Source: Paraspadella gotoi
Taxonomy: Eukaryota; Animalia; Chaetognatha
NCBI GenBank assembly: GCA_051294375.1
Contig: CM119263.1
Span: 11,943,130 to 12,007,129, forward strand
DNA length: 64,000 nt
Direction: 5' to 3'
Positions within the stretch are counted from its first letter, which is position 1, and each line of letters begins with the position of its first letter. Below, one piece after another: positions 40,164 to 53,322 of this stretch. The position numbers were made by a program, and so were the translations under genes. Below the pieces are notes generated by a model. That model saw only the letters and a list, made by a program, of their open reading frames with translations, did not search any database and was not told the DNA's origin.

Positions 40164-40908
40164 TGAAGAGGCCTGGTTCTTACAGGGCGCCACACCGCAG
40201 CGGTGTCACCGGTCGTGGCGACAGCGAGACTGCATGTTCATGTAGTCGCAGAGCTTTGGATATGGCAGTAAGGCCAATGCCTACAGGCGGTTACCCGGTC
40301 ATCCGCACTTTCTACATGGACAGCTCAGGGCTCGCAACCAGGGACGCACCATTGGATGGTGGCATTAGTCCGCACTGAGCCACGAGCGCCGCCTGCGAAG
40401 AAACAGCTTTAATCTCTGTGTGGATAGGGACACAGACAGCCGCCCAGACTCTCGGCATATGAGAGCGAAGCACGGGGGATGAAGCGCAATGTCTCTCCGC
40501 ACTGAACCTCTCTTCATTCTGGTGGCCTTGCTTTGAGTGCAGCATGTGTAGCTCAAACCACATCAGGGCAGAGGAGTATTTCATGCCCGGGTTGCCGTGT
40601 TCGGGATCACGTCGGGCTCAGCATTGAAGAGCTGGTTTTACAGGGCGCCACACCCCGCAGTGGGGGGGGGGGGGGGGGGGGAGGGGGGGGGTTGTCACTC
40701 GTGGCGACAGCGAGACAGCATGTTCATCGTAGTCCGACTTCTGGATCTGGCAGTAGCCCATGCCTACAGGCGGGTTACCCGGTCCATCCCCTTTCTAATG
40801 ACAACCTCGGCTCGAACGCAGGACGCACATTGGATGGTGATTAGTCACTGAGGCCCTGGAGGCGCTGCGAAAGAAAAGCTTTTCCAATCTTGTGATAAGG
40901 ACCACAGA
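40164..40908 (-). mobile_element. Complete TRIM family C: LTRs 40164-40438 and 40625-40908
   Basis: Direct repeats, TSD acat, PBS matching the tRNA-Trp 3' end (atcacgtcgggctcagca, 40606-40623). Confidence 0.85.
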
Positions 40909-41639
40909 ACATAACACTAACTATTAGTACTAATTATTTTTTTTAAATTTTTTTCTATTAACAATGTCTATAGAATAAATATGAATAAGTAAACTTTTTT
41001 AAAAAAAATTTATGCATCTTTCACTATATTTCTGTCATATAAAAACAAAAAAGGAATTTTGCATTGATATTACTTGGATATCCAGCATATGAAATTATAA
41101 CGTTTCAAAAATACAAAAGAAATATAATAATATTGAACAGTGAATTTTTTTTTTATGCACGGACAGTAACGTTACGCCATTTTCATTGCTGTCCTAATCG
41201 ATGATAAGTCATGGTAATTTTTAGTGCGGATTTTGCTCGTTGACGCCAAATTAGGCTCCAGTTGATAAATTAATGCAGTTGACAATTATGCCCGGTTGAC
41301 CAAATTAATCTTAATNNNNNNNNNNNNNNNNNNNNNNNNNTCAAGTTTCGATGGAATTGTTTGAGTGGAAATGAGTGAAATGGAAAAAAACAAAAAAATG
41401 TGTTTCACTAATTGATTATGCTTTTTATATTAAATATAAATGCAAGATGTATTAATTAATCAAATAATTAATCAGTTAATTAAATAATAAGTCAATTAAT
41501 TAATCAATAATTAATTAATCAGTCAATTAATCAATCAAAACAAACATTTTGGATCAAAATAATTAATTAGGCAATTAATTAATTAATTAATTACCGATAA
41601 TGATCGTTGGCAGATCCGACATTGTTTGCTCAAACTTCT

Positions 41640-42400
41640 TTATGTTACAACGTGTTATGATCTGTTAAGATCATAAATTTAAAGTCAGAAAACGTTACCA
41701 AGAATTATCATCATATTAGCTTATTACTGCTTAATTATTGTAGACATTGTTTGCTCAAACTTGTATTTTTGCAAATCAAAAACTTAGATTATTCTTTTTT
41801 CAAAACAATTTCATTCTTTCATTCTCTCAATCATTAGCCTATTTATTAATATTGATACAATAAGCAACTAGATAAAAACACTTAATAAAACACCTTAAAA
41901 GCAAGGTGAAAATGTTCAACGTCGCGGCTTAAAGAGGCAACTGACTTTTCCTCAATTTCAAACATTAAAAATAAGCCAGATATTCACTTTCTTCGTATTA
42001 ATCGTCGTCATTGCAACATTCTGTCATGAATCGGGAAACTTGGGACTCTGATGTCGAAATCCTGCCTTCGAACGTTGAATTTTTTGTTTCCCCAAAAAAT
42101 TAAAAGTGAAACTACAGCTTTATATAATTTAATTTGTACAAATTTTTTTTGAAAATCATTTGGCCGAGTGCTTAGCGCGCCGGATTTCAATGTTACGAAA
42201 AGGTTTCGGGTTCAAATCTGGCTGAAGCATCTTTTTATAATAAGTTCTGATGTCCCAAAATTGGTCGGAGAGCAATGGCTTACCGAAGGGGGAGTAGCCA
42301 TATGTGTACTCGATATCAAGACAAAAGCTCTCTTTAAAATTCTCATTTGTACTCGAGTTACAGAGCTTGCCGTCTCAGAAATTCTAGACGGATGCTACTG
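41640..42400. mobile_element. Right half of the CAGTAGCATCC MITE family (left part lost in gap)
   Basis: Colinear with about 32760-33510. Confidence 0.75.
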
Positions 42401-42893
42401 TATATGATTTATTTTATTATCTATCTATTATTTATCTATAAAATATTTAAATTAAACTTTTAAAATAAATGATAAAAAAGAACATGTAACACATCTAGCG
42501 AATTTCTAAAATTAGTTTGTAGCTTTAGAACTAATTTTTTGCTGTTTTTGGTAACTTCGGGTTTGTAAAAGTAGTTTTTCAACATAATAAGCACCTAAAA
42601 CTATTTTTTTAATATATTAACTAACTTGCAATGCAATATTCTAGTCAGGAATGAACTAATTATATTAAAAAATTAATTTTAAATAGAACTTGTTCAAGAA
42701 ATCTACGAATATATATGAATTTTGACGCTCGTGGCACTTTGGCGCTCCTGGGAAGGGCCAAGAATTTTAAAAAGTCTAACAAAAGTCATATATTCAGATA
42801 GAACGGAAAAAAGGAAAAGAATGCCGTTCTCCTGAGATTTCTATCTTAAAAAGAATCGGATTTAAATGTGTCTATTACAGGTTCAGTCTAAAT

Positions 42894-43980
42894 ATGCAAA
42901 CGCGAACGCCACTTTATCCCAAATTAAAAATTTTTGCCCCGTCGAAGGAATTTCAACCTCCACTGTGCCAACCACCCAAAAGAAAAGACGTGCTAGAACG
43001 ATTCTTTGACATTTTCCTTTCACAGTCAAAGAATAATCAGAATATGCAGCTTGCAGCTCACAAAGTTGCAAAGGAGCTCATTGAGCTGTGGAAAATAGGT
43101 GATGCTCGAATTCCCCTCAATGGCCGCAACACCATTAAAAAGAAGATTTTAGATTTTCGGGCTGATCTCAAATATCTGTGCAATAAATCGAAAATTGGAA
43201 GAGGCTCATACAATAACAACAGCACGACACACCATGCCCGCTGGATGGGCTCTTGCCTATACATCCTCAAGATGTTCATCAGTGGTGACGTTTTTATTCT
43301 CGGAGGACAGCAGAAAGTGGACGTCTTGATGTTTTCTTTTTACATTATCTACCTACTTTTTTTATTGGTTCTCGTGCACGCCCCCTTCTTAACACTTCTT
43401 CTTTACAAAGATCTAGAAGCCTGGCGTTCCCGAGATCCTGAAGGGGCGAGGTCAGCCTTGAGAAAGGTCGATCTCCATTGCGAATACCTTTATGGAAGGT
43501 CAGTCGTCTTGGCCTTGGCTTCAAGCAAGGTAAAAGACGAGACTAAGAAGGCAATAGCTGAAAAACTTAAGTCTTTCGATGTTAATGATCACGTCGAAAT
43601 TGGAAAACCTGCAATGCCTCGATTTTACCCTGAGATGAAGCTCGAAGATTTTATTTCTCAAGATTCATGGTTATTTTTCAAGGTAATATTTTCAATTAAA
43701 TGTCTCAAACAAAAAATTTATTCATAAATATTATTAATTATGTCGCTTTGCCAGTTTGATCCAACTTTCCTTGCCAAGGAAGTTGAAGAGTGGAAATGAC
43801 ATGACAATTATAAAATCTTCTGCAATTTGTCAAATGGCTTTTCCCTATTAATGACGCCGGGAAAGGGCTGTCAGTTTGCTTTTGACTTAAACGGCGCAAT
43901 AACTCGAAATAAAAACCAACATCAAGACGATGCTGCAAAGGAGTCGAATACATCGCCGCGTCCATCCAAAGCCAACGAAA
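42894..43980 (+). pseudogene. Internally deleted DNA transposase, hAT (hATm)-like
   Basis: HHARWM, GKP, LEDFI..SWLFF and a downstream frameshifted INDAG motif; catalytic middle appears missing. Confidence 0.65.
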
Positions 43981-46874
43981 CATTGATATCGTTTTGACCC
44001 TTTGAAAACGTTATCAATCACATGAAAATAAATTTTTTTTTGCTTACAACATCAATTTTTTATTGAAAACTGACTTTAGATTTAAATAAAATTAGCAAAA
44101 TAGTTTTTTATGATATTAAAACATGATCTACTCTGATAATAATTGAATAAAAATGTTATGTTAGAAAATTAAATAAAACAAAAAAAATAGCCAAAAACCC
44201 GAAATTTCATATTTCAGCAACTTTAACACCCCTGGCTCGGGCGAAAACTTTTTTTTTTTTTCAAATTAAACTTACATAGTTAAAGAGCTTTAAAAAACGA
44301 AAAGAATGACACCCAGACTGATTGCTTAATTAAAATATTGTCGGATTCAAATGTGTCTACTGGTCAACAAGCCTCTCGGCAGACGAATGGTAATGAGCCA
44401 CTCAACGGACGATGTGGCTCGGAGGGTGTTTTCATCTTCCTCAAGAAGTCGTTTGGGAAGACAGCCTCTCCATCACGCCTCTGGAGAATGGAGGTCGTGC
44501 CTCTATTCCCTCGCGGGGGTGTTTCCTTAACGTCCTCTCCGCGCGCTCGTCAACTTCCCCAGCCTTTTTGACGGTGGAGTTCAAGGCAGTCCCGCGGCGG
44601 TTCAGCTACTCAGGGCAGTGGGCTTTTTTCTCCGCCAGGAGTCGATCCTCGCCCCGGTGTTTTTCTCTGGGACGGCTTGCTTCATCAGACCTCGCTTCTT
44701 CCCTCCAAGTTGGATTCAATCCGGAGTTTAGCGTCCTCCAGTCTTGCTCCGGAGCGTTCAGTCACATGCCTCTGAAGCCACTCTCGCAGTCCCGCTTCTC
44801 CAATGCTGCTCTGCCGGGATTCGGTGGGAAGTTTTCCGCGTCTATCGCTCCGAAGTGGATCTCAATCGCCCGACATCTCTGGATCCTCAAGCGCTGGAGG
44901 AGCTGGAGTGGTGCTCGACGCTTCACCCAGAAGACTGCGTCGTGCCAGTGGAAGACCTGATTTTGGAGGTTTGCGCCCACTTTGTGATGATGGACCCATA
45001 ACAGGAGGGTTGGGGCTTCCTCTTTCAGGCCGAGTTTTACCAGGGGACCCGAGAGGCTGCAGATGCCCTTCACCATTTCAACGTGCAGGAGTTCATTGTG
45101 TTGAGGAACTCCCTCTTGATTCGGCAGTTCTCTACGATACACCATTCTCCCTTGGCTGACATTTTGGTTTCACTACTGTCTTCAGCGCACGTGCAGCCAC
45201 TCTTGATCACCCACTCTCTCGGGATCTGCATCACCGGGAGTCATGTTGTCGGAGGAGAGCTTGGTGACAGAGGGGACGCCTGGTTGCGTATTGGAATCTC
45301 CTTTGGCGAATCTTTGGTCAGATCTGCGAGACCTTCGGCACTCTTTCCATCGACCTCTGCATTGAAGGATTCGGCGCAGTTGCGCCGCTTCTCTTGAAAG
45401 GTGGAGGCATTAGCTTTGGGAGGTTCAAATGTTTCCTCCTTGGGATGCGGCGTTGGTTCTATGCGTTTTGGAGGTCGTCGCAGTCTCCCGCTCACATTCT
45501 TCGTTCTCGCTTTGACCAGGAGGCCGTCGGAATCGTCTTGCTTAGGTGCGACCACTCCAACTTTTTGCTCGCTGCAGACCAGACTTTCTATTCCGTCCAG
45601 GCCTTCCAGGATAGATTGGGTCAAGCACATGGTCCCGTCATTCTAGGTGGACGCCCTCCCGGCGTCATCGCGTTGCCCCATTGAAGCTCTAAGGAGTGGC
45701 TTCGAGTCCGCGAATCTTTGGCGCCCATTCACGTGTTCCTTTTCTGCGCCCCCTCGCCGCCTTTTGCTCCTCTCGCCCCAACATTTTGCGGCGATGCTTA
45801 AGGCACTATTTTTGGAGGCAGATGTTGATGCCCCACCAGGTTCTACGCGCGCCATGGCAGTCTCTGAACCCTTCGCTCGCGGCGTCGATCTCGGCGTCTT
45901 CCTCAGGGCCGGAGACTTGTCTGGAGACCAGACGTTTTTCCGATTCTTTCGTAGGGACATCTCATGGGGCGCTTTGGTTGGCGTTTCTTGGGACTAGCAG
46001 CAGCACTTCGATACTTTTTCGTTTGTCTTTTGTTTTTCTGCTTTACCTGTCTGGTCACAGCGCGGTGTCTCGCCTTTTGGAGAGACAAAAGGCTTATGTG
46101 GGGGTGGTTTTGATAAGAATCATAATTTGGGGATGTGCATCGTTTCTAAACTATTGAGTATTTTTAAATAAATTTGGTACCGACGATAGGGAATTTAAAA
46201 TACTATCTATATGCAAAATTTCATAAAATCGGATAATCCGTTCAAAAAGTTTATGGCAATAAAACAGTCGCCGAAAATCGCGCTTCAAATCGATCAACTT
46301 TCGCTTAAAATCGAACTCGTTTGATCCAATAAGGATTATGAACTATTGTAGTACTAAGCTTTAAACCGATAATAGCGGATTATGCGCCGAACCGCGGCCT
46401 CATAAGAGAAAATAGAATAAGCGAAGCCCGAAAAAAGGAATCCTTACAAAATTAATCACAAAAATAACATAATTATAACAGAATAAAAAAGGGAAAAGAC
46501 AAGAGAGCCAAAGAAGTAATAATATTGAAAGTATATTGACTGATCTCACCAGCAAAACTACTATTAAACTAACTCAATTTAATATCGTTAATTCAAGATT
46601 AAGAATTCACTATCGTCACTTCACGATTAATTTTCATTTTTGAATCATTTTAATTTTATGATAACAGATTTTAATATGATAGCAATAAAACTATAATTAA
46701 AAGATAATGATTGATAATGGTAAGTAAATTGATGCAATGAATAAAATTAATTAACTAATGATGATGACGATAGTTTAATATCTAAAATTTGTCATATCTG
46801 AATCCGGCTTATTTTATTATGAACAAGTTTGAGCAAACAATGCGATTTGACTAAGATAATTTAGCGGTAATCAG

Positions 46875-47370
46875 TTAAAAAGTATGCAAGTTGAAAAAGT
46901 ATGCAAGTTGAAAAAAGTATGCAAGTTGAAAAAGATATGCAAGTTGAAAAAGATATGCAAGTTGAAAAAGAATATGCAAGTTGAAAAAAGTATGCAAGTT
47001 GAAAAAAGTATGAGCATACTTTGAAAAAAGTATGCATACTTTGAAAAAAGTATGCCATACTTTGAAAAAGTATGCATACTTTGAAAAAAGTATGCATACT
47101 TTTAAAAAAGTTAGCATACTTTGAAAAAAGTATGCATACTTTGAAAAAGTATGCATACTTTGAAAAAAGTATGCATATTGAAAAAGTATGCATACTTTGA
47201 AAAAAGTATGCATACTTTGAAAAAAGTATGCATACTTTGAAAAAAGTATGCATACTTTGAAAAAAGTATGCATACTTTGAAAAAAGTATGATACTAAAAA
47301 AGTATGCATACTATATGCATACTTTGAAAAAGTATGCATACTAAAAAATGCTTTGAAAAAATATGCACGA
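46875..47370. repeat. 18-20-bp minisatellite AAAAGTATGCAAGTTG / AAAAAGTATGCATACTTTG
   Basis: Tandem array switching to a palindromic unit near 47010. Confidence 0.92.
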
Positions 47371-48158
47371 AACTTTGAAAAAAGCAATCAAAAAATGCAT
47401 GGTCTTAGAACAAAAAAAAATTGAAGGCTTGACTATGCAGTTTTCACTAAAAACCAGTTCATTTGATTGCTTTATCAAGCATTCAAGATTGCAAGAATTT
47501 AAACTTTTCTTTTTTTTATCTAGTAGAGAAGACAAAAAGCTATCCGAAACCGTACTGATATGTATGATTTGTTCTATTTTACAAAAGATCATGCAGGTTT
47601 TTTGGGAAAAGGGAAAAAACGGTCTGACCAGTTCATTTAAATACCATTTTGGGCATGATAAAATGGGTATTTCGATCGCGCTCTACCTCCGTTGGCTTCC
47701 CAGACGCCAAGCTTTCGAAATCTACCCATATTGATATAATTTATATGGGCCTTGACTATGCAGTTTTGAATAGAAGTGAAATATAAAGGAATCTTGATCG
47801 AACTTCGATTCGAACGATGCGCAGCCCTACATAATTCCATTCAGAATTAAAGATTTTCAGCTTTTCTGATATTTGACCGACTTAATGAAAGAATGTTTAA
47901 AAAAGAGTTATATTTCTTTATATCAACTTTTCATGACGAATCCAAATCTACAAAAAACTTTTGAAATTTTAACATTTATAGGATTAGTACTATGTTTAAA
48001 AATGGCCTACTGCGTAAATTGTAAAATTTATAATAAAGTTGTTTTATACATAAATGTTCATTATTGTAAAGAATAGTTGTACGTTTACTGGATAGCTGAA
48101 ATACACTGCATAGTCGTACGGGCACTGCTTACGGCGTCGTCGATATTTGTTTGAGTTG

Positions 48159-48413
48159 TGTGGCGGTATATTCACACCGCCTCACGTCCACCATCCTTCA
48201 GCCAAATCCATTGGCTCAGAGGGGGAACACACCATCCTAGGCGTAGTGTTCCATCCACAGTCCTAACGACTTCCCTCTGCGTTGGCAAAGCGAGACCGTC
48301 CTAGGGTAACCGCGCCAGTGACTGGAGGCGTCACTGAGGGTCGGAAGCCCCCAAAGCCAACAGTGAGATGCCCTATCCCAATGGGCATCACAGGCAACCC
48401 GGCTGTTGCCATA
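48159..48413 (+). mobile_element. Solo LTR, family A
   Basis: TGTGGC..GCCATA; TSD gttg. Confidence 0.85.
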
Positions 48414-50568
48414 GTTGCCTAGTTACTAAACTACTGTTCTTGAGGCGCCGTAAGACGATTTGGCGTAACGAGTTGTTGAAATAAAAGATTCATTTGAGGA
48501 AAAAAGTAAAAATCCCTAACTGCCCAAAATGTAAGATAAAAATAAACTGTAAAATTGTAAAATGTAATTCGAATTGTATTTGATAAATGTGCGAAAGTAA
48601 GGTATTCTTCTCTTTCTTCTCCCCATTCCCCCTTTTCTTACATCCGATTTTTCCGCTTTTCATCTCGCTCTTGCTCAGTCCATCTGTCTCTCTCTCTCTC
48701 TCTTTGAAGTTTTAAAAAAAAATTAAACATTTTTCTAATAGAGATTTCCGTTAAAATCTGACTACCCAAATTGCAAACGAGATTGCCAGAAATTCAGGTA
48801 AAAAACAGTTGTAAAAACACACGATTCCGATAGCGTTATATCTTAAGAGCTAGCCAAATTCGTCTTATGGCATTTGATAAAGGTTTTAATATCAAACAAG
48901 CCAGGGGAAATGCACTAAGTCATCTCCGGAGAATTTTCAAACCTTGTTTTTACTATAGAAATGAACGGGAAATTTTGCTTTTTGAAAATTGTAAACGAGG
49001 CTAGGGTATGTTAATATTATAAATATTACTTTGAATTATGAGATTTAGAAAGCCTCTTGTCTCAAGAGCTTGCCAAATTTTTTTTTTCATTATTGACCAA
49101 ACTCTTCATAGTAAACCAATGTGGTAAAGTCCATTGGTCTGGTTTGACAACATGAAATTTTTATTTAAGAAGAAATTAAAAGGAAGGTTGAGAGAAAAAA
49201 CTGATTTTTCCTGATATCTTTTGAAGGAACAAAGATACAGGGATGGCAATAGTACCAAAATGAAGCAATAATCATTGGGCACATACAAGTTACAATATTA
49301 GAATTATTTTTGCTGAAACCTCTTTACAGGGTGAGTGTCAAACTAAGTCAAAATTATAATGAATTTTAAAACTAATGAAACCCCATAAAAATAAATGAAA
49401 ATTAAATTCTTTTTAGTGATTCTGAAAGAAAAAAGGCTAAATTGTACTCTAGTAAAACTTTAAAGTTTTTTGGATAAAGAAAATATAACAGGGATGTTTA
49501 CTGAAATGAGCCGGAAGACATTCAACTTCTTCACTTTTCTATAATGAAATAGGCGAATTTTTTAATTATTTAACTCTCACAGGCTATATACTTTCATAAT
49601 ATCCCAAAGTTAATGTAATTCATTATATTTTTTTACCCAGAAATTATAAAATAATAGAAAGTTATGGAATCCTTTTGTTCGTTTAAGGAAAAAAAATTAA
49701 CTAGTGGAATTAAAGTTTGTAAGAGGAAGTCAGAATCGGCGAAAATCTTAAAAGGCGAAAATGTTGAAAAAGGAGTGGAATTTTGGTTGTTTTTGGTCGA
49801 TTTCTTCTAAACCCATGGGCCAATTTAAACGTAACTTAAGATTTACATTATTCCAGTCATTCTCTATCCAAAAATATAAAAACATTATGAAAAAAGGTTT
49901 GGGATCGAGTTTAGGAATTTGGTTCTATTATTGATAATAAAAAGGCCATAAAGAAATAGTAAAGGAATTTAAGGAAAACGTGAAGAGAGGGAGGGAGAAA
50001 GAAGACTTTGGACCAGGCGCGTCACACTGCGTCAAAAGGGCGTGAGGAACCTGATTGGTCAGCGGTCGCGTCTTGTGACGCGACTTCCGCCAATTAGGAG
50101 TTGAGGGCGATGCGCGGGACCCCTGAAAATATAAGAATATAAAAAGAGAGAAGCAACCTAAGAGACAAGAGCTCTCCAAATAGAAAATCCAACGAGGATT
50201 ATTGTGAAAAATTGTAATATAAAAATAAACAATTTTGTAATTAACAAAAATGTGTTTGTGTTTAATTCTTCTCTAAACATTACAAAAAACTACAAGGAGC
50301 TAGGAGTTATCTCTATCACTTAGCCACCTAATGCTACAATAAATAATATTTCTGCAGAGTTTGTACGCTACAATTCACTTTTCCTACACTACATTTCCTA
50401 CAATAAACTACACTTCGTTGAAACTCACGGGCATTTAAATTTAGATAGTTTTTGATAGGCTTTAGGAGTTGAAAATTCGATTTCATAATTAGTATAATTT
50501 GTTTGTTACTCACTTTTAAAATTTAATTTAATTTAAATTTAGAATTTTTACTACGCTTTACTTCACAG

Positions 50569-51940
50569 GTGCTGATGACGAATTTCTTGTTTAACACTGG
50601 CAAATATGCTCACGATTCTTTGACCGCCAAGACAAACACGTCGTCCAAAGTGCAAGTCCATTGCGAAGCGATCAACTTGACATTTGATCCCAGTAAGAGA
50701 TGAATTATTGAATTTACTATGTTTTATTTTTTTTTAAATTTTCGTTACTTTTTAATAGACATGACGGATTTAACGAATTCAACGTCGACGCTCTTCCACG
50801 AGATGTGGAATTTACAAAACACTTGTCCGTTTTGGCTCCTACTTTTAGTTTTTCCATTGATTAATTTAAAATCCGCTACCTTCTTCACCAAATTCAACGT
50901 GCTCGGAACTTGTGAGTGTCCAGATGATTTTCTTTATTATAAATGCTTTGATCGATACTTCACTGACTCACTTAATGATTTTATTTTTTCAAGTTTCCAT
51001 CTTGTATTTGTTTTTCTTCGTCTTTTATCACGCCGTTAAATGGGGACCCTGCGTAAAATTTGATCAATCAAATAATTCCGTTGTTGGTGAGGACTGAGGA
51101 TTCACCATTAATTCTATTACGCCAAATCGTAATTGGTTTTTATTTTCGATGATATTTTTTTAGAGTTCAGCTCATCTTTCCCCGCCCTGTGCGGTACGCT
51201 GTCGTTGGCCATGTTTATCCATAACGGGGTCATGGCTATTCTTCGGAATCAGAAAAAGCCACAAAACAACACGCGCGACCTTTCAATTGCTTACATTCTC
51301 GTTACGATTACCTACATGTACGATTCTACAAACTGAATCTCACTTTGAACTCCGGTTTTCCAAATGTTATTTCCATGCCCTAGGTTCGTGGGCGTGGTTT
51401 TCTACGTTGCCTTTCCGCACTACGACAAGAATCTTATTCCAGACAATTTCCTCAACTTCTTTCCTCCCAACGACGTGTTTAGCGTCGTCGCCCGTGCCTT
51501 TCTTCTCTTGCAGATGGTCTGCGTCTTTCCTCTGCTCATCTACATTCTCAGGATTCAGGTTCAATTAATTAACTCATCACCAAATAATTTTTTTGACTCA
51601 ATTGTTTACTTTTTCCTTCATCCTTCATCCTTTTTTCGTCATCTCTTAGGTGATGCACACCTTTTTCAACTCCGTCTGGCCCTCTCTCTACCACGTATTG
51701 ATTTTCAATGCGTTTCTCCTGGGAATCTGCGCCACAGTGGCTTGCCTCTACCCGTCGGTCGGGGATATAATTCGCTATGCTGGTTCGCTGTGCGGCCTGG
51801 CGCTCGTCTTCACGCTGCCGAGCCTGGTTCACATGCTCAAACTTCGCGAAGACGAGAAGCTGACGTGGGAGGCGCTGGCCGTTCACGTGGGCCTCATCCT
51901 CTTCGGCGTCGCCGTATTCGTCTCGCAGTTCTTCGTTTGA
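50569..51940 (+). CDS. SLC38A9: SLC38A9-like lysosomal amino-acid transporter, 3' six exons (50569-50692, 50759-50911, 50994-51086, 51164-51317, 51384-51558, 51650-51940)
   Basis: VLMTNFLFNTGK, NLKSATFFTKFNVLGT, LSLAMFIHN, NQKKPQNNTRDLSIAY, IPDNFLN, IIRYAGSLCGL; all introns GT-AG and in phase. Confidence 0.9.
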
Positions 51941-52191
51941 ACGAGGACGCTGCTATCCTCAGGTCGAAAAAAAAAAATTTGCCACCTTATGTGCAATTGG
52001 TTATCGCACATTTCGTCATAAATCTTGGGGGGGAAAATTAGAGAAAAACCTTTGACCCGTTCAGTTTTTTACGTGTTAAACTAGGGTTTATTTATATTCA
52101 GTCCTTTTCAAGCAGCATGATAGAAGACATCGCATGTAACAAATGGTTCATGCTTTCCTGGTTCCGAGCTTTTATTTATGAAGAAACGCTT

Positions 52192-52803
52192 AATAACATC
52201 TGACACATAATTATGGAGACAAAAGATTGAATGTGTTAAAGTTTATAACATTCTATTATAAATATAAACACAAAATATAATTTTTTTAATACTAATAACG
52301 TTAACTAAATAGTAAATACAGACGAACAAGTTAGAACCAAAAAAAGTCAATTTTCTAGTGAAATGTGGCGTAGGGACCTTCAATCGAGAAGCCAGCTTTC
52401 TCGTAGAAAACCCAACTTTATTTTCCATTCCTTTCACGACTGTCTTACCGTGAGTTTTCTTGGCTGCCCAGGGCCTTTTTTGTGCTTGAGAGTATCTCCA
52501 GACTTTACTCCTTGTATTACGCGATAAATAGATGGACGGCTAACATGTAGCTTCAAAAAATACTGTGAATTAAATGCTGTTCCTTCTTGTTCATGATTTT
52601 GGTAGAATTGGGCAATGACTTGACATCGCGCTTCATAGGAAATTGACTGCATTTTGAAAATGCGCGGGCTGATAAAAAAAAATTCAGTTTGGTAGACAAA
52701 CATTCTAGGTTTCATTTAAAAAAAAAAGGAGCTTTCTATGTCGTCCTGGACGCCGTCTACAGGCCCCGGAAGCCGTCTCAATAATTATGTGTCAGATGTT
52801 ATT
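52192..52803 (-). mobile_element. Tc1-like deletion derivative
   Basis: About 30-bp TIRs AATAACATCTGACACATAATTAT; HTH remnant VSRPSIYRVI..KGPGQPRKL. Confidence 0.8.
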
Positions 52804-53322
52804 GAATAATTAAATAAGATTTTAGCGATGTATATTTATTTTTTCGTAGACGTACATAGCTAGACAGTTTTATTATGACGAAATTTGTACTCGAATGAAA
52901 AGCTTTTCTCTATTTGGTCTTTCACTGCCACTCTTTGAAAATTTTTCCTCACAAGATTTTTCCAGCTCATTTAATAAGTTATTGGTGCAGATAGGTTCCT
53001 TAACGGTGTTGTAATTGCCTGTTTCGGTTGCTATACAATATTTATGCGTAAAATTTAATAAATATTTCCTGGAAATTGGCAATTATTGTTATAATTTTTT
53101 TAAATTTTTTACTATTATATTTTTCTGGATCGTTTCGTTTGTAATACTTTGTTGTACAATGTACAATATCTTTGCTACGTAATAAATTTTAATTTTTAGC
53201 CCCTTCGAATTGAATTTCCGTTAAGTTTGGCATGAACTATATTCTGGACAATATATAATAACAACGAGTATATAAAAAAAGGAGGAAGAAACTAAACTTT
53301 CCCGCGGCCCACGAATTTCACG

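Noticed and set aside
44660-44695. Minus-strand CTGATGA..GAAA
   Set aside because: Intervening sequence cannot form stem II.
48180-48200. CACGTCCAC resembling an HDV-like ribozyme loop
   Set aside because: Nested double pseudoknot could not be built by eye.
49925-50284. Possible solo LTR (also about 18776-19030 and 37843-38215)
   Set aside because: LTR-like composition but no TSD or second copy found.
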